From Candidatus Methylomirabilota bacterium (GTDB taxonomy: Bacteria; Methylomirabilota; Methylomirabilia; Rokubacteriales; CSP1-6): a stretch of 64,000 nucleotides of DNA. Position numbers and translations under genes: made by a program. Below are positions 9,128-21,334 of this stretch, piece after piece. The notes below the pieces were generated by a model. That model worked only from the letters and a program-made list of their open reading frames with translations. It had not been told where the DNA came from and made no database searches. The first letter of the stretch is position 1. Each line of letters begins with the position of its first letter. The DNA lies in the NCBI GenBank assembly GCA_046727415.1, contig JBKPCO010000035.1, positions 1,554-65,553 of the forward strand, read 5' to 3'.

Positions 9128-11660
9128 AGAGCGGCCTGGCGTCGCGTGATCTGCTGGCGCCGATCTCCGCGGCCTCGTCGGTGACGGATGGGCTCCGCGA
9201 GTCCCTGCGCCGGCTGGTGGCCGTCACCGGCTCGACCGCCGGCGTCGTCACTCTCCCATTACAAGATGAGGCGCCGATCGTCGTCGCGCGCGGCAGCAGC
9301 ACATCCCTTCCACTCCGGCGATGGCTGACCGACGTCACGGCCGTGCCCGCGCGCGGGACGCGGCTCACCCGTGTCGTGCCGCCGGGCTCCCCCCGGAGCC
9401 GCCCGGCGGCTCTCTTGAGGGCTCCACTCGATGCGCGCGGCCGGCGAGTCGGCGAGCTGGCCCTCCTGGGCACGGTCGGGCGCCTGACGGCGTCGGTCTT
9501 GCCGGCGAGCTTTCCCCGCGAGCTCGGGGCGGCCATCGATCGTCGGTGCGATCTCGAGCGCCTCGCCCTCCGCGCGGAAGTCGTCAACGAGCTCACGACC
9601 CTGCTGTCGTCGCCACACACGCTCGACGAGGTGTTCGCCACCTTCGCCGGGGGCATTGCGCGCCTCGTGCGATTCGACTCGATCAGCATCGCGCTGCTCG
9701 ACACCGAGCGCGGCACGTTCGAGAGCTTCGACCTGGCGGCCGGCGCGCTTCGCGGATCTCCGGCCCCAGGAACCTCGACGCCACTCGAGGGCACCGTCCT
9801 GGAGCGCGTGGTGGCCACCGGCGTCCCCGTGCGCATCGACGATCTCGAGCGCGACGAGGCGCCGGAAGTGAGCCGGCGCGTTTTCCTCGAGCGCGGCTAC
9901 CGCGCCGTGACGTTCGTGCCCCTATCGTCGGGCACCGTGTTCGGCGCCGTCGCGCTCGCCACCACCCGGCCCGGCGCGCTGGGGGATGGCGACCTCGAGG
10001 TGGTCGCCGAGCTCGCGCGCCCGCTGGCCCTCGGGATCGAGCGGTGGCGCCTCGCCGAGGAGAGCAGCCGGCGGGCGCGAGAAACTCACGCGCTCCTCGA
10101 GGCAGGCCGGGCGGTCACCGCCAGCCTCGACGTGAACCGGACGATCCGGGTCCTGCTGGAAGAGGCACGCGGCGTCCTCGGCGTCGACTCGTGCGGACTG
10201 ATGACGATCGATCCCGCGACGGGCGAGCTCGTGATGGCCGCGAGCCTCGACGTACCGGCCGCCCTGTGGCCGACGATCCGGCTGCAGCAGGGCCAGGGGG
10301 TCACGGGTCTCGCGGTGCAGCAGCGACGTCCCATGCAGAGCCCCGACCTGTCGGTCGACGCCCGCGCGATGTATCCCCACGTGGCCAGCGGCAGCGGCTA
10401 TCGCTCGATGCTCGTGGCGCCTTTGCTCCGGGGCGACCACGCGATCGGTGCGATCACCGTCTTGCGGCACGGCGTCCACGAGTTCTCGGCGCATGAGGAG
10501 GAGCTCCTGGTGGCGCTGGCGAGCCAGGCGGCGATTGCGCTGGAGCACGCCCGCCTCTACACCGAGCTGGAGGGGATGGTCGCCGACCGGACCCAGGAGC
10601 TCGACGCCCAGAAGCGGTTCGTCGAGGTGGTGCTGGAGACGATGCCGATCGGCGTCCTCGTGCTCGACGGTCAGCTCAACGTGGTCAGGATCAACCCGGC
10701 CGGTGCCCGCGCCCTGGCTTGCGCCTCCGACGCTCACGGTCCGCTCGCCCAGTTCCTGCCCCACGACAAGGGCGCGGCGGTGCTGGAGTTCCTCGGGGCG
10801 GCCTTCAACAGCCGGCGCGGCGGCTCGGTCGAGGAGGAAATGATCATCGCCGGGGACTCCAGGATCTTCCGGTTCACCGTGGCACCCGTCGCGCCGTCAA
10901 GCGATCCGGGCGCCTATGCGGTCACCCTGGTGGAGGACATCACGCACGCGAAGGGGCTCGAGCGCCAGATGCTCCTCACCGAGCGGCTCACGACGGCCGG
11001 CCGGCTTGCCGCCGGGGTCGCCCACGAGTTGAACAATCCGCTCGCGACGATCGCCGGGTGCGCCGAGTCGCTGCAGGGGCAGCTGGCGTCGGTCGATCAG
11101 CGGGCGATGACGGAGTACGCCGACTTTCGTCGTTACCTCGGCCTGATCGAGGAGGAGGCGTACCGCTGCAAGGAGATCACCGGGAGCTTGCTCCAGTTCG
11201 TGCGTGACCCGGGCAGCCGGCGGGAGCCCACCGACCTGAATGCGGTCGTGCTCAAGACGGCCGAGCTCCTGACGCGCCAGTCACGCTTCGCCGCCAGCCA
11301 TGTGGCGATCGACCTCGACCCCGCGCTGCCGCCGGTCGCGGTGAACGAGGGCCAGCTGCGGCAGGTGTGCCTCGGGCTCGCGTCCAACGCGCTGGAGGCG
11401 ATGGAGGGACGGGGTGCCTTGACGATCCGTTCGCGGGTGGGCCACGGCACGGTCGAGATCGAGCTCGAGGACGAGGGCCCCGGGATCCCCGAGGAGAACC
11501 TCGCCCGCATCTTCCATCCGTTCTTCACGACCAAGCCGCCTGGACAGGGCACCGGCCTCGGACTCGCGATCGCGCAGGGCATCGTGACCGATCACGGCGG
11601 TAGGATCGAGGTCGCCTCGGTGGTCGGCAGGGGCAGCACCTTCCGCGTGGTGCTCCCGCT

Positions 11661-11664
<4 letters not shown>
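9124..11664 (+). CDS. Soluble multi-GAF/PAS sensor histidine kinase
   Basis: No TM segment seen. About three GAF-like regions, a PAS region, H-box '[11 protein letters not shown]' and HATPase G-box 'GTGLGLAIA'. ATG 9124 overlaps the TGA of the aminoacylase gene (ATGA). The ORF-track start 8545 is an out-of-context extension. Confidence 0.85.
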
Positions 11665-13019
<1,355 letters not shown>

Positions 13020-13032
13020 GCGCTTGGTCTAG

Positions 13033-13060
13033 TTGCACCTGGTCGTTCGCTGTGTACACT
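13033..13060 (+). promoter_or_regulatory. Candidate sigma-70-type promoter for the RRM protein gene
   Basis: TTGCAC (13033-13038), 16 nt, TACACT (13055-13060). It would give a ~95-nt 5' UTR containing the hairpin GTCCGCC-gtttg-GGCGGAC (13067-13085). Confidence 0.3.
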
Positions 13061-13160
13061 GGAAACGTCCGCCGTTTGGGCGGACCTCGCCTGCGATGAA
13101 ACAGGCCTTCCGCGTTCGCGGCGCGTGCAAGAGAGCGGAAGACAGTCCGAGGGGGTTCAG

Positions 13161-13532
13161 ATGGCGTCCAAACTGTATATCGGCGGTCTCGCATACTCCA
13201 CGACCAGCGAAGGGCTCAGGGAGTTCTTTACTCAGTGCGGCAATGTCCTGTCGGCGACGGTCATCACCGACCGCTTCTCCGGGCAGTCACGGGGATTCGG
13301 CTTCGTCGAGATGAGCACTGCCGAGGAGGCCCAGAACTCGATTTCTCAATTGAACGGCCGCGAGCTCGACGGCCGGCGAATCACGGTCGAGATCTCGAAC
13401 CCCCAGGCGCCGCGGACCGGCGGGGGCGGCCGGCCGGGTGGCGGCGGGCGTCCGGGCGGGGGCGGCCGCGGTCCGGGCGGCGGGCGGGACAGCGGTTACG
13501 CGCACCGGCCTTCCAAGCCCGTGAAGTGGTAG
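13161..13532 (+). CDS. RRM-type RNA-binding protein with Gly/Arg-rich tail
   Basis: RNP-2 'LYIGGL' and RNP-1 'RGFGFVEM', with C-terminal 'GGGGRPGGGGRPGGGGRGPGGGR'. ATG 13161 is preceded by GAGGGGG. Confidence 0.9.
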   Translation: MASKLYIGGLAYSTTSEGLREFFTQCGNVLSATVITDRFSGQSRGFGFVEMSTAEEAQNSISQLNGRELDGRRITVEISNPQAPRTGGGGRPGGGGRPGGGGRGPGGGRDSGYAHRPSKPVKW

Positions 13533-13574
13533 AGCGAAACGGGCGCCGCCGGGCGGCGCGAGCGTGATGAACAC

Positions 13575-13607
13575 GAAGGGGTCAGCCGGATTCCGGCTGA
13601 CCCCTTC
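13575..13607. terminator. Bidirectional hairpin between convergent genes
   Basis: Near-perfect inverted repeat GAAGGGGTCAGCCGG / CCGGCTGACCCCTTC. A short T-containing tract follows on the + strand. Confidence 0.6.
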
Positions 13608-13633
13608 GGCGTTTCTGCAGGGCGCGGCGGCGA

Positions 13634-15505
13634 TCAGCCGGCCGGCGTCGGCTCGACCCCGTCGAAGATGCGGTCGTAGCGGCCGTATTCACGCGCCGCG
13701 TCCATGAACCACTGGACGATCTCGGGATTGGAGCGCGGCGGGATCTCGCAGGACGTCGACAGGATGAAGGCCGACTGGCGGGCCGCCGCGTCGATGCAGC
13801 GCCGGACGTCGGCCACCATCGCCTCTCTGGTCGTCTTCTCGAACTTGGTCGCGTCGACGTTGCCGATAGCCACGACCCGGCCCTTCGAGACCTCCATGAA
13901 GCGCGCGAGCTGGTCAACGTAGAGCTTCGGGTCGCCCTGCTGATCGAGATCGAACGACACCGTCGAGAAGCCGCAGCGGATCAGGTCCTCGTAGATGGGA
14001 TAGGTCGTGCCGCAGATGTGTGTCGTCACGCCGACCTTCTTGGCCTTGAAGTAGTCGACCAGCTCCTTGTGGTACGGCGCGACGAAGTCGCGGTAGTTGT
14101 CGGGTGAGATCAGGCTGATCGACGCGGTCGGCTCGGAGAAGGAGAGGCCGATCCCGGTTTTCACGATCGCGTCGCCCCAGATCTTGCAGAAATCGGTCGT
14201 GACCCGCATGAGGTCATGGATGAACTGCGGGTCCTCGAAGGTATCGAGCAGCATCGTCTCGGGGTTCCTGAGCAGCATGGCGATCGTCCATGGCCCCACC
14301 GCCACCGCACCGATCGCCGTCGGCGGCTTGGCCCGCACGAGCGCCTCGCACTGCTCGAGGAAGCCGGGCAGGCGCGCCGTCTTCGCCGGATCGGGCATGA
14401 CCAGGCGCGCCAGCTTCGTCTTGTCGTCTTGCAGGACGGGCTGGTCGATCGACGGCACCACGTAGTCCGAGTACTTCACGCGGCAGCCGAACGCCTCGGC
14501 CTCCTTGGCCAGGTCGTTGTAGGCGAGCACCACATCGGGCTGGTAGCGCTCGTAGTAGTTCATCATCGCGGTGATCGCCTTCGGCACGTTCGTGCAGTAC
14601 TCCTCGATGGAGAGGCCGTCGAGCGTGCCGGCGAACGAGGCGACGATCGGGTAGACCGGGACGCGATCGGCGAACGAGCGCCGGTACGCGGCGACGACGC
14701 GTTCGCGATTCGTGAACTGCGCGCGGCCGCGCTCGACGTCCCAGATGCGGTTGGCCTCCATGTACTTGGGCGGCAGCTTCGCCTCGTACTCCATGAACTG
14801 GGTGATCGGGTAGCGAATGCCGCCGTCGTGGGTGCCCTTGAGCCCCTCGATGACTTCCTCCATCTGATTCCAGGGAATCGTGAAGGCCATCTCGTGGTCC
14901 TGGGTCTGGCCGAAGATGCGGTCGCCGGAGCAGGGGAGGATCACCTGCGGCTGGTCCGTCCGCATGGTCGTCACGATGATCTCCGAGCAGTCGATGCGGC
15001 CGCCGAAGGCGGAGGTGAGCTTGCCGCCGCGCTTCCAGAGGGCGGCCTGGGTCAGGCGCATGACCTGGGCAGGGTTCGCGTAGATGCACACGAGGTGCGG
15101 CTCGAACGTTGCGCGATCGAGCGGCGCTACCAGCAGGGTCGCGTACTCGCCCGGTGCGAACTTGTCGACCGCGGCTTCCGACCGCTGCCCGGCCGCCTTC
15201 GTCTCCGTGTACATCCCCTCGCAGAGCGTCCCCGAGTTGTGCAGATGCGTCGGCTTCTCGAAGCCGAGGGCCGCGATGCCGAGCGAGCAGATGTGGTCCT
15301 CGCGCGTGAGTGCGATCATCCAGCCGTAGCGCCGGGCCATGTCGATGACCTGGCAATTCATGCTGAGCTTCTTGAAGTCGCGGGCCGGTCGTCGCGCCCG
15401 CTCGGGAATCGGCTCGCCCGGCCGCAGCATCCGGATCGCCACCGGGAACGTTTGTGGGCGGATGTAGAGCTGAAGCTCGCGATCAGCCGTCTTGACGTCG
15501 ATCAT
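13634..15505 (-). CDS. DUF169 domain fused to MtaA/CmuA-type (URO-D fold) Zn methyltransferase
   Basis: 623 aa. The N-terminal ~255 aa resemble DUF169 (COG2043) ('QTFPVAIRML...'). The C-terminal ~350 aa resemble the uroporphyrinogen-decarboxylase/MtaA family, with an 'HICG' Zn motif and a downstream 'STSCE' Cys. GGGAGG RBS upstream of ATG 15505. Confidence 0.75.
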   Translation of the reverse strand: MIDVKTADRELQLYIRPQTFPVAIRMLRPGEPIPERARRPARDFKKLSMNCQVIDMARRYGWMIALTREDHICSLGIAALGFEKPTHLHNSGTLCEGMYTETKAAGQRSEAAVDKFAPGEYATLLVAPLDRATFEPHLVCIYANPAQVMRLTQAALWKRGGKLTSAFGGRIDCSEIIVTTMRTDQPQVILPCSGDRIFGQTQDHEMAFTIPWNQMEEVIEGLKGTHDGGIRYPITQFMEYEAKLPPKYMEANRIWDVERGRAQFTNRERVVAAYRRSFADRVPVYPIVASFAGTLDGLSIEEYCTNVPKAITAMMNYYERYQPDVVLAYNDLAKEAEAFGCRVKYSDYVVPSIDQPVLQDDKTKLARLVMPDPAKTARLPGFLEQCEALVRAKPPTAIGAVAVGPWTIAMLLRNPETMLLDTFEDPQFIHDLMRVTTDFCKIWGDAIVKTGIGLSFSEPTASISLISPDNYRDFVAPYHKELVDYFKAKKVGVTTHICGTTYPIYEDLIRCGFSTVSFDLDQQGDPKLYVDQLARFMEVSKGRVVAIGNVDATKFEKTTREAMVADVRRCIDAAARQSAFILSTSCEIPPRSNPEIVQWFMDAAREYGRYDRIFDGVEPTPAG

Positions 15506-15619
15506 GTAGACCTCCCGTCCGAGCGTACTACCTCGTGAAATCCTCTACAACAGAGCCTCTTCAACGGATGTAGAATACGCCCGCCCCACGGGCAGAATTC
15601 ACTCACGGAGGCGTCGACG

Positions 15620-17059
15620 ATGCAGTCTCCCAGCGCGAGCTACAGCCTGACGGTCAGGCTCGAGATCACCAACCGGCCCGGTATGCTCGGACAGGTCACC
15701 TCGGCCATCGGCAAGGCCGGCGGCGACATCGGCGCGATCGACCTCGTCCAGGTTGGCAAGTCGACGATCACCCGTGACCTGACCTTCAAGGCTCGCGATG
15801 AACGGCACGGCCAGCAGATCGTCGAGCGCATCCGCGGGGTCCGCAGCGTGAAGGTCGTGAACGTCTCCGACCGCACCTTCCTCATGCACCTGGGCGGCAA
15901 GATCGAGGTGCGCGGCAAGATGTCCGTCAAGACGCGCGACGACCTCTCGATGGCCTACACTCCCGGCGTCGCGCGCGTCTGCATGGCGATCCACCACGAT
16001 CCGCAAAAGGCCTACGCGCTGACGATCAAGCAGAACTGCGTGGCGGTGGTCACCGACGGCACCGCGGTCCTGGGACTCGGCGACATCGGGCCGTTCGGGG
16101 CGGCGCCGGTCATGGAAGGCAAGGCGCTCATCTTCAAAGAGTTCGCCGGCGTCGACGCGTTTCCGATCTGCCTGGCCACCAAGGACGTCGACGAGATCGT
16201 GTCGATCGTCAAGGCCATCTCGCCGATCTTCGGCGGCATCAACCTGGAGGACATCTCGGCGCCGCGCTGCTTCGACATCGAGACGCGGCTGCAGAAGGAC
16301 CTCGAGATCCCGGTGTTCCACGATGACCAGCACGGCACCGCGGTCGTCGTGCTGGCCGCCATCATCAACGCTCTGAAGATCGTCAAAAAACGCCTGAGCG
16401 ACGTGAAGATCGTCTTCATCGGCGCGGGCGCCTCCGGTATCGCGACCGCGAAGCTCCTCATGCGGGCCGGCGCCAAGCACATCATCGCGTGCGACCGCGC
16501 GGGGGCCCTCTACCGCGGGCGTACCGACAACATGAACTCGATGAAGGAGTGGTTCGCCAAGCACACCAACGAGAAGCGGCTCAAGGGCACCGCCGCGGAC
16601 GCCCTGAAGGGCGCCGATGTGTTCATCGGGCTCTCGGGGCCGGGGGTCGTGTCGCTGAAGGACATCAAGGCCATGAGCCGCGATCCGATCGTCTTCGCCA
16701 TGGCCAACCCGATTCCCGAGATTTTGCCCGAGGAGGCCGGCCCCTACGTGAAGGTGATGGCCACCGGGCGGTCGGACTATCCGAACCAGATCAACAACTC
16801 GTGCTGCTTCCCCGGGTTCTTCCGCGGCATGCTCGACGTGCGCGCCCGGCGCGTGAACGACGACATGAAGCTCGCGGCCGCCCAGGCCCTGGCGGCGATC
16901 GTGACGGCGGAGGAGCTCGGCGAAGAGTACATCACGCCCTCGATGTTCGACAACCGCGTGGTGCCCTCCGTCGCGGCCGCCGTCTCCGAGGCGGCCATCA
17001 AGTCGGGCGTGGCGCGCAAGCGCACACGGGGCACTGCCGCGGCGGCGGCGACGCGGTAG
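15620..17059 (+). CDS. NAD(P)-dependent malic enzyme with N-terminal ACT domain
   Basis: ACT-like first ~75 aa, then malic-enzyme motifs '[11 protein letters not shown]', '[15 protein letters not shown]' and '[10 protein letters not shown]'. Confidence 0.9.
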   Translation: MQSPSASYSLTVRLEITNRPGMLGQVTSAIGKAGGDIGAIDLVQVGKSTITRDLTFKARDERHGQQIVERIRGVRSVKVVNVSDRTFLMHLGGKIEVRGKMSVKTRDDLSMAYTPGVARVCMAIHHDPQKAYALTIKQNCVAVVTDGTAVLGLGDIGPFGAAPVMEGKALIFKEFAGVDAFPICLATKDVDEIVSIVKAISPIFGGINLEDISAPRCFDIETRLQKDLEIPVFHDDQHGTAVVVLAAIINALKIVKKRLSDVKIVFIGAGASGIATAKLLMRAGAKHIIACDRAGALYRGRTDNMNSMKEWFAKHTNEKRLKGTAADALKGADVFIGLSGPGVVSLKDIKAMSRDPIVFAMANPIPEILPEEAGPYVKVMATGRSDYPNQINNSCCFPGFFRGMLDVRARRVNDDMKLAAAQALAAIVTAEELGEEYITPSMFDNRVVPSVAAAVSEAAIKSGVARKRTRGTAAAAATR

Positions 17060-17070
17060 GAGACTGCGTC

Positions 17071-19026
<1,956 letters not shown>

Positions 19027-19081
19027 CCGCTCCCCGGGGGGTCAACTTCGTACAAAATCAACCTTTTAGGTCCCGTTTCTG

Positions 19082-19096
19082 TGGCATAGTGCCTGC
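19082..19096 (+). promoter_or_regulatory. Sigma-54-like -24/-12 element upstream of the MFS transporter gene
   Basis: TGGCATagtgcCTGC has correct GG-N10-GC spacing. The -12 is CTGC rather than TTGC. It lies ~90 nt upstream of ATG 19185. Confidence 0.35.
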
Positions 19097-19184
19097 GGAC
19101 GAGCAGGATTAGGAGACCTGACCGACCGACGGGTTCGTTCCGGTGGACGAGGGCCCGCGGTCGCAACGTGCACAAAGGAGACCT

Positions 19185-20531
19185 ATGCGGGCGGCTAAAG
19201 TTCCACTCAACGAGCTCCGTCGCGTCGTCATCGCCGCGTCTGTGGGCAATATCATCGAGTGGTACGACTTCTACATCTTCGGCAGCCTGGCCGCGATCCT
19301 GGCCGTGAAGTTCTTCGAGAAGGGCCATCCGGTGGCGGCCTTTCTGAGCACGGTCGCGATCTTCTCGGTCGGTTTCCTGATCCGGCCGCTGGGGGCGTTT
19401 TTCTTCGGCTGGCTCGGTGACAAGGTCGGCCGGAAGTACACCTTCATCGTCACGCTCACCGGCATGGGCCTGGCGACGGCCCTCATCGGCTTCGTGCCGA
19501 CCTACCAGTCCATCGGTCTCGCCGCGGCCTTCATTCTCTTCGCCCTTCGCCTGATCCAGGGTCTTTGCCTGGGCGGAGAGTATGGGGGCGCCATCACGTA
19601 CGTCGCCGAGCACATCGAGGACGAGCACCGTGGGTACTACACCGGCTGGCTGCAGACCTCGCCCACCCTTGGCATCGTCGTGTCGCTGGCGACGATCATC
19701 GGGATCCGGACCTATCTCGGCGTCGAGGCGTTCAACGACTGGGGCTGGCGGTTGCCCTTCATCATCTCCCTCCTCCTGGTCGCGATCGCCATCTGGATTC
19801 GGCTCTCGCTCGGTGAGACGCCGATCTTCCAGGACATGAAGGCGCGAGGCCGCACCACCACCAACCCGTGGCGCGAGGCGTTCCTCAGCAGCAACTTCAA
19901 ATATGTCGCGATCGCCAGCGTGGTCGTGCTGGGACAGGGCTGCGTCTGGTACAGCGGGCAGTTCTGGGCGCTCTACTTCTTGCAGACGGTCAAGAAGCTC
20001 GACGTGTTGACGTCGAGCTGGATCGTCGGCGTCGCGTTGCTGATTGCGACGCCGACGCTGATCTTCTGGGGCTGGCTCTCGGACAAGGTCGGCCGCAAGC
20101 CGATCATCCTGGGCGGCATGGCCCTAGCGTCGATCACGTACTATCCGCTCTACTCGGCCCTGGGCAACTACGCCGATCCCAAGACCGGCGTCAACTACCC
20201 GATGTCGATTCTCATCGTCGTGATCCTGGTCAACTACGTGGGTATGACCTACGGGCCGATCGGGGCGTTCCTAGCCGAGTTCTTCCCCGGCCGGATTCGT
20301 TACACCTCGGTGTCGGTGCCTTACCACATCGGCAACGGCTGGGGTGGCGGGCTGGTCCCGATCGTGACGACCTCGATGTATCTCTCTACGGGCAGCGTGG
20401 GGTATGCCCTGATCTATCCCATCGTGGTGCCCGCCGTCATGTTCCTCATCGCCGTCTTCGTGATGCCGGAAACGCGCAAGCACAGCATCTGGGAGGAAGG
20501 CGCGATCGAGGCCTCCCGCAGCCGGGCCTAG
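19185..20531 (+). CDS. MFS transporter, metabolite:H+ symporter (MHS) family
   Basis: 12-TM-like hydrophobicity. 'EWYDFYIFG' and 'GWLGDKVGRK' are typical of the KgtP/ProP/ShiA-type MHS family. ATG 19185 is preceded by AAGGAG. Confidence 0.85.
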   Translation: MRAAKVPLNELRRVVIAASVGNIIEWYDFYIFGSLAAILAVKFFEKGHPVAAFLSTVAIFSVGFLIRPLGAFFFGWLGDKVGRKYTFIVTLTGMGLATALIGFVPTYQSIGLAAAFILFALRLIQGLCLGGEYGGAITYVAEHIEDEHRGYYTGWLQTSPTLGIVVSLATIIGIRTYLGVEAFNDWGWRLPFIISLLLVAIAIWIRLSLGETPIFQDMKARGRTTTNPWREAFLSSNFKYVAIASVVVLGQGCVWYSGQFWALYFLQTVKKLDVLTSSWIVGVALLIATPTLIFWGWLSDKVGRKPIILGGMALASITYYPLYSALGNYADPKTGVNYPMSILIVVILVNYVGMTYGPIGAFLAEFFPGRIRYTSVSVPYHIGNGWGGGLVPIVTTSMYLSTGSVGYALIYPIVVPAVMFLIAVFVMPETRKHSIWEEGAIEASRSRA

Positions 20532-20544
20532 TCGATTTCCGGAA

Positions 20545-20573
20545 GGGGGCGGTGAGCCCGGCTCACCGCCCCC
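20545..20573 (+). terminator. GC-rich hairpin downstream of the MFS gene
   Basis: GGGGGCGGTGAGC-ccg-GCTCACCGCCCCC, a 13-bp perfect stem starting 14 nt after the stop. No U-tract. Confidence 0.5.
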
Positions 20574-20610
20574 GCCAGGCGACACCCGCGTCCCCGCAAC
20601 TCATCTCTTC

Positions 20611-20634
20611 AGATGCTTCCGTAGATGCTTCCGT
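20611..20634. repeat. Exact tandem duplication of a 12-mer (AGATGCTTCCGT x2)
   Basis: Read directly from the sequence. It lies in a lower-GC intergenic region ~155-180 bp upstream of the sigma-54-like element at 20789. Confidence 0.9.
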
Positions 20635-20746
20635 AAAGCTCTGCCGCCACGGATGGGCAAAATGTTCCCATGGTGCCGCCAAAACTGTCAGGCCATAAGG
20701 GCATTTCGCCATTCGAAGGCCATCCAGGAGGTGCCTAAACCCCGGT

Positions 20747-20761
20747 GATTCTTCGTGAATC
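20747..20761. promoter_or_regulatory. Inverted repeat GATTC-N5-GAATC
   Basis: Read directly from the sequence, 28 bp upstream of the -24 element at 20789. Function unknown. Confidence 0.25.
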
Positions 20762-20788
20762 CTTTGCCAGGACGGAGCGTCTTATGTT

Positions 20789-20804
20789 CGGCACAGTGGT
20801 TGCA
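20789..20804 (+). promoter_or_regulatory. Sigma-54-type -24/-12 promoter upstream of the DksA/TraR gene
   Basis: cGGCACagtggTTGCA matches TGGCAC-N5-TTGCW except for the first base, with exact spacing. It lies 54 nt upstream of ATG 20858, which has an AGGAGG RBS. Confidence 0.55.
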
Positions 20805-20857
20805 GCCATCGCTGGCCCAAGTAGCGCGGGGAAGAGGAGTACCAGGAGGCTCCGACA

Positions 20858-21262
20858 ATGGAAACGATTCGCGAGCGACTAGAGGAAGATCTTAGAACGG
20901 CAGTCACCCGGCTTCGCCAGATGGGCGGAGCGGTCGCTGTCGAGGAGATGCCGGGAGCGATCGGCGATAACTCGCCCTTCGCCGACGAGGTCGATGAAAT
21001 CCAGGCTAACGAGCGCCGTGAGATCGGCTTCGCGACGCGTGAGCTGCTGGTTGACCGCGTCAACCGGCTGTCCGCGGCGCTGGACCGTCTCCGGGACGGC
21101 GACTACGGCACCTGCGTGGAGTGCGAGGAGCCGATTTCTCCTGCTCGCCTCCGGGCTCTTCCGGAGGTCACGACCTGCGTTCGGTGCCAGGACCGGATCG
21201 AGCGCATGGGGCGCCACGTCGAGCGGGAAGAGGAAGATCTCGAGACGGCCGACGACGACTAA
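20858..21262 (+). CDS. DksA/TraR-family C4 zinc-finger protein
   Basis: Coiled-coil N-terminus plus 'CVECEEPISPARLRALPEVTTCVRC' (CxxC-N17-CxxC). Confidence 0.9.
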   Translation: METIRERLEEDLRTAVTRLRQMGGAVAVEEMPGAIGDNSPFADEVDEIQANERREIGFATRELLVDRVNRLSAALDRLRDGDYGTCVECEEPISPARLRALPEVTTCVRCQDRIERMGRHVEREEEDLETADDD

Positions 21263-21285
21263 CTGACGTCAGAACGATTTTCCAG

Positions 21286-21318
21286 CGGGGCCGGAAGAGG
21301 ATTCCGGCCCCGTTTTTT
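21286..21318 (+). terminator. Rho-independent terminator
   Basis: CGGGGCCGGAA-gagga-TTCCGGCCCCG followed by TTTTTT. Confidence 0.85.
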
Positions 21319-21334
21319 GTGTAGGCTAGGGGCC

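Noticed and set aside
20611-20634. Tandem 12-mer considered as a possible CRISPR or minisatellite
   Set aside because: There are only two units with no spacers. No cas genes or further repeats occur anywhere in the window. It is kept only as a possible regulatory repeat.
20653-20748. 31-aa ORF (MGKMFPWCRQNCQAIRAFRHSKAIQEVPKPR) in the dksA upstream region
   Set aside because: GC3 is ~67%, there is no RBS, and no similarity was recognised. It is most likely non-coding enhancer or leader DNA.
20782-21063. 93-aa minus-strand ORF
   Set aside because: It is antisense to the DksA/TraR gene, which has the CxxC-N17-CxxC zinc finger, a strong RBS and a terminator.
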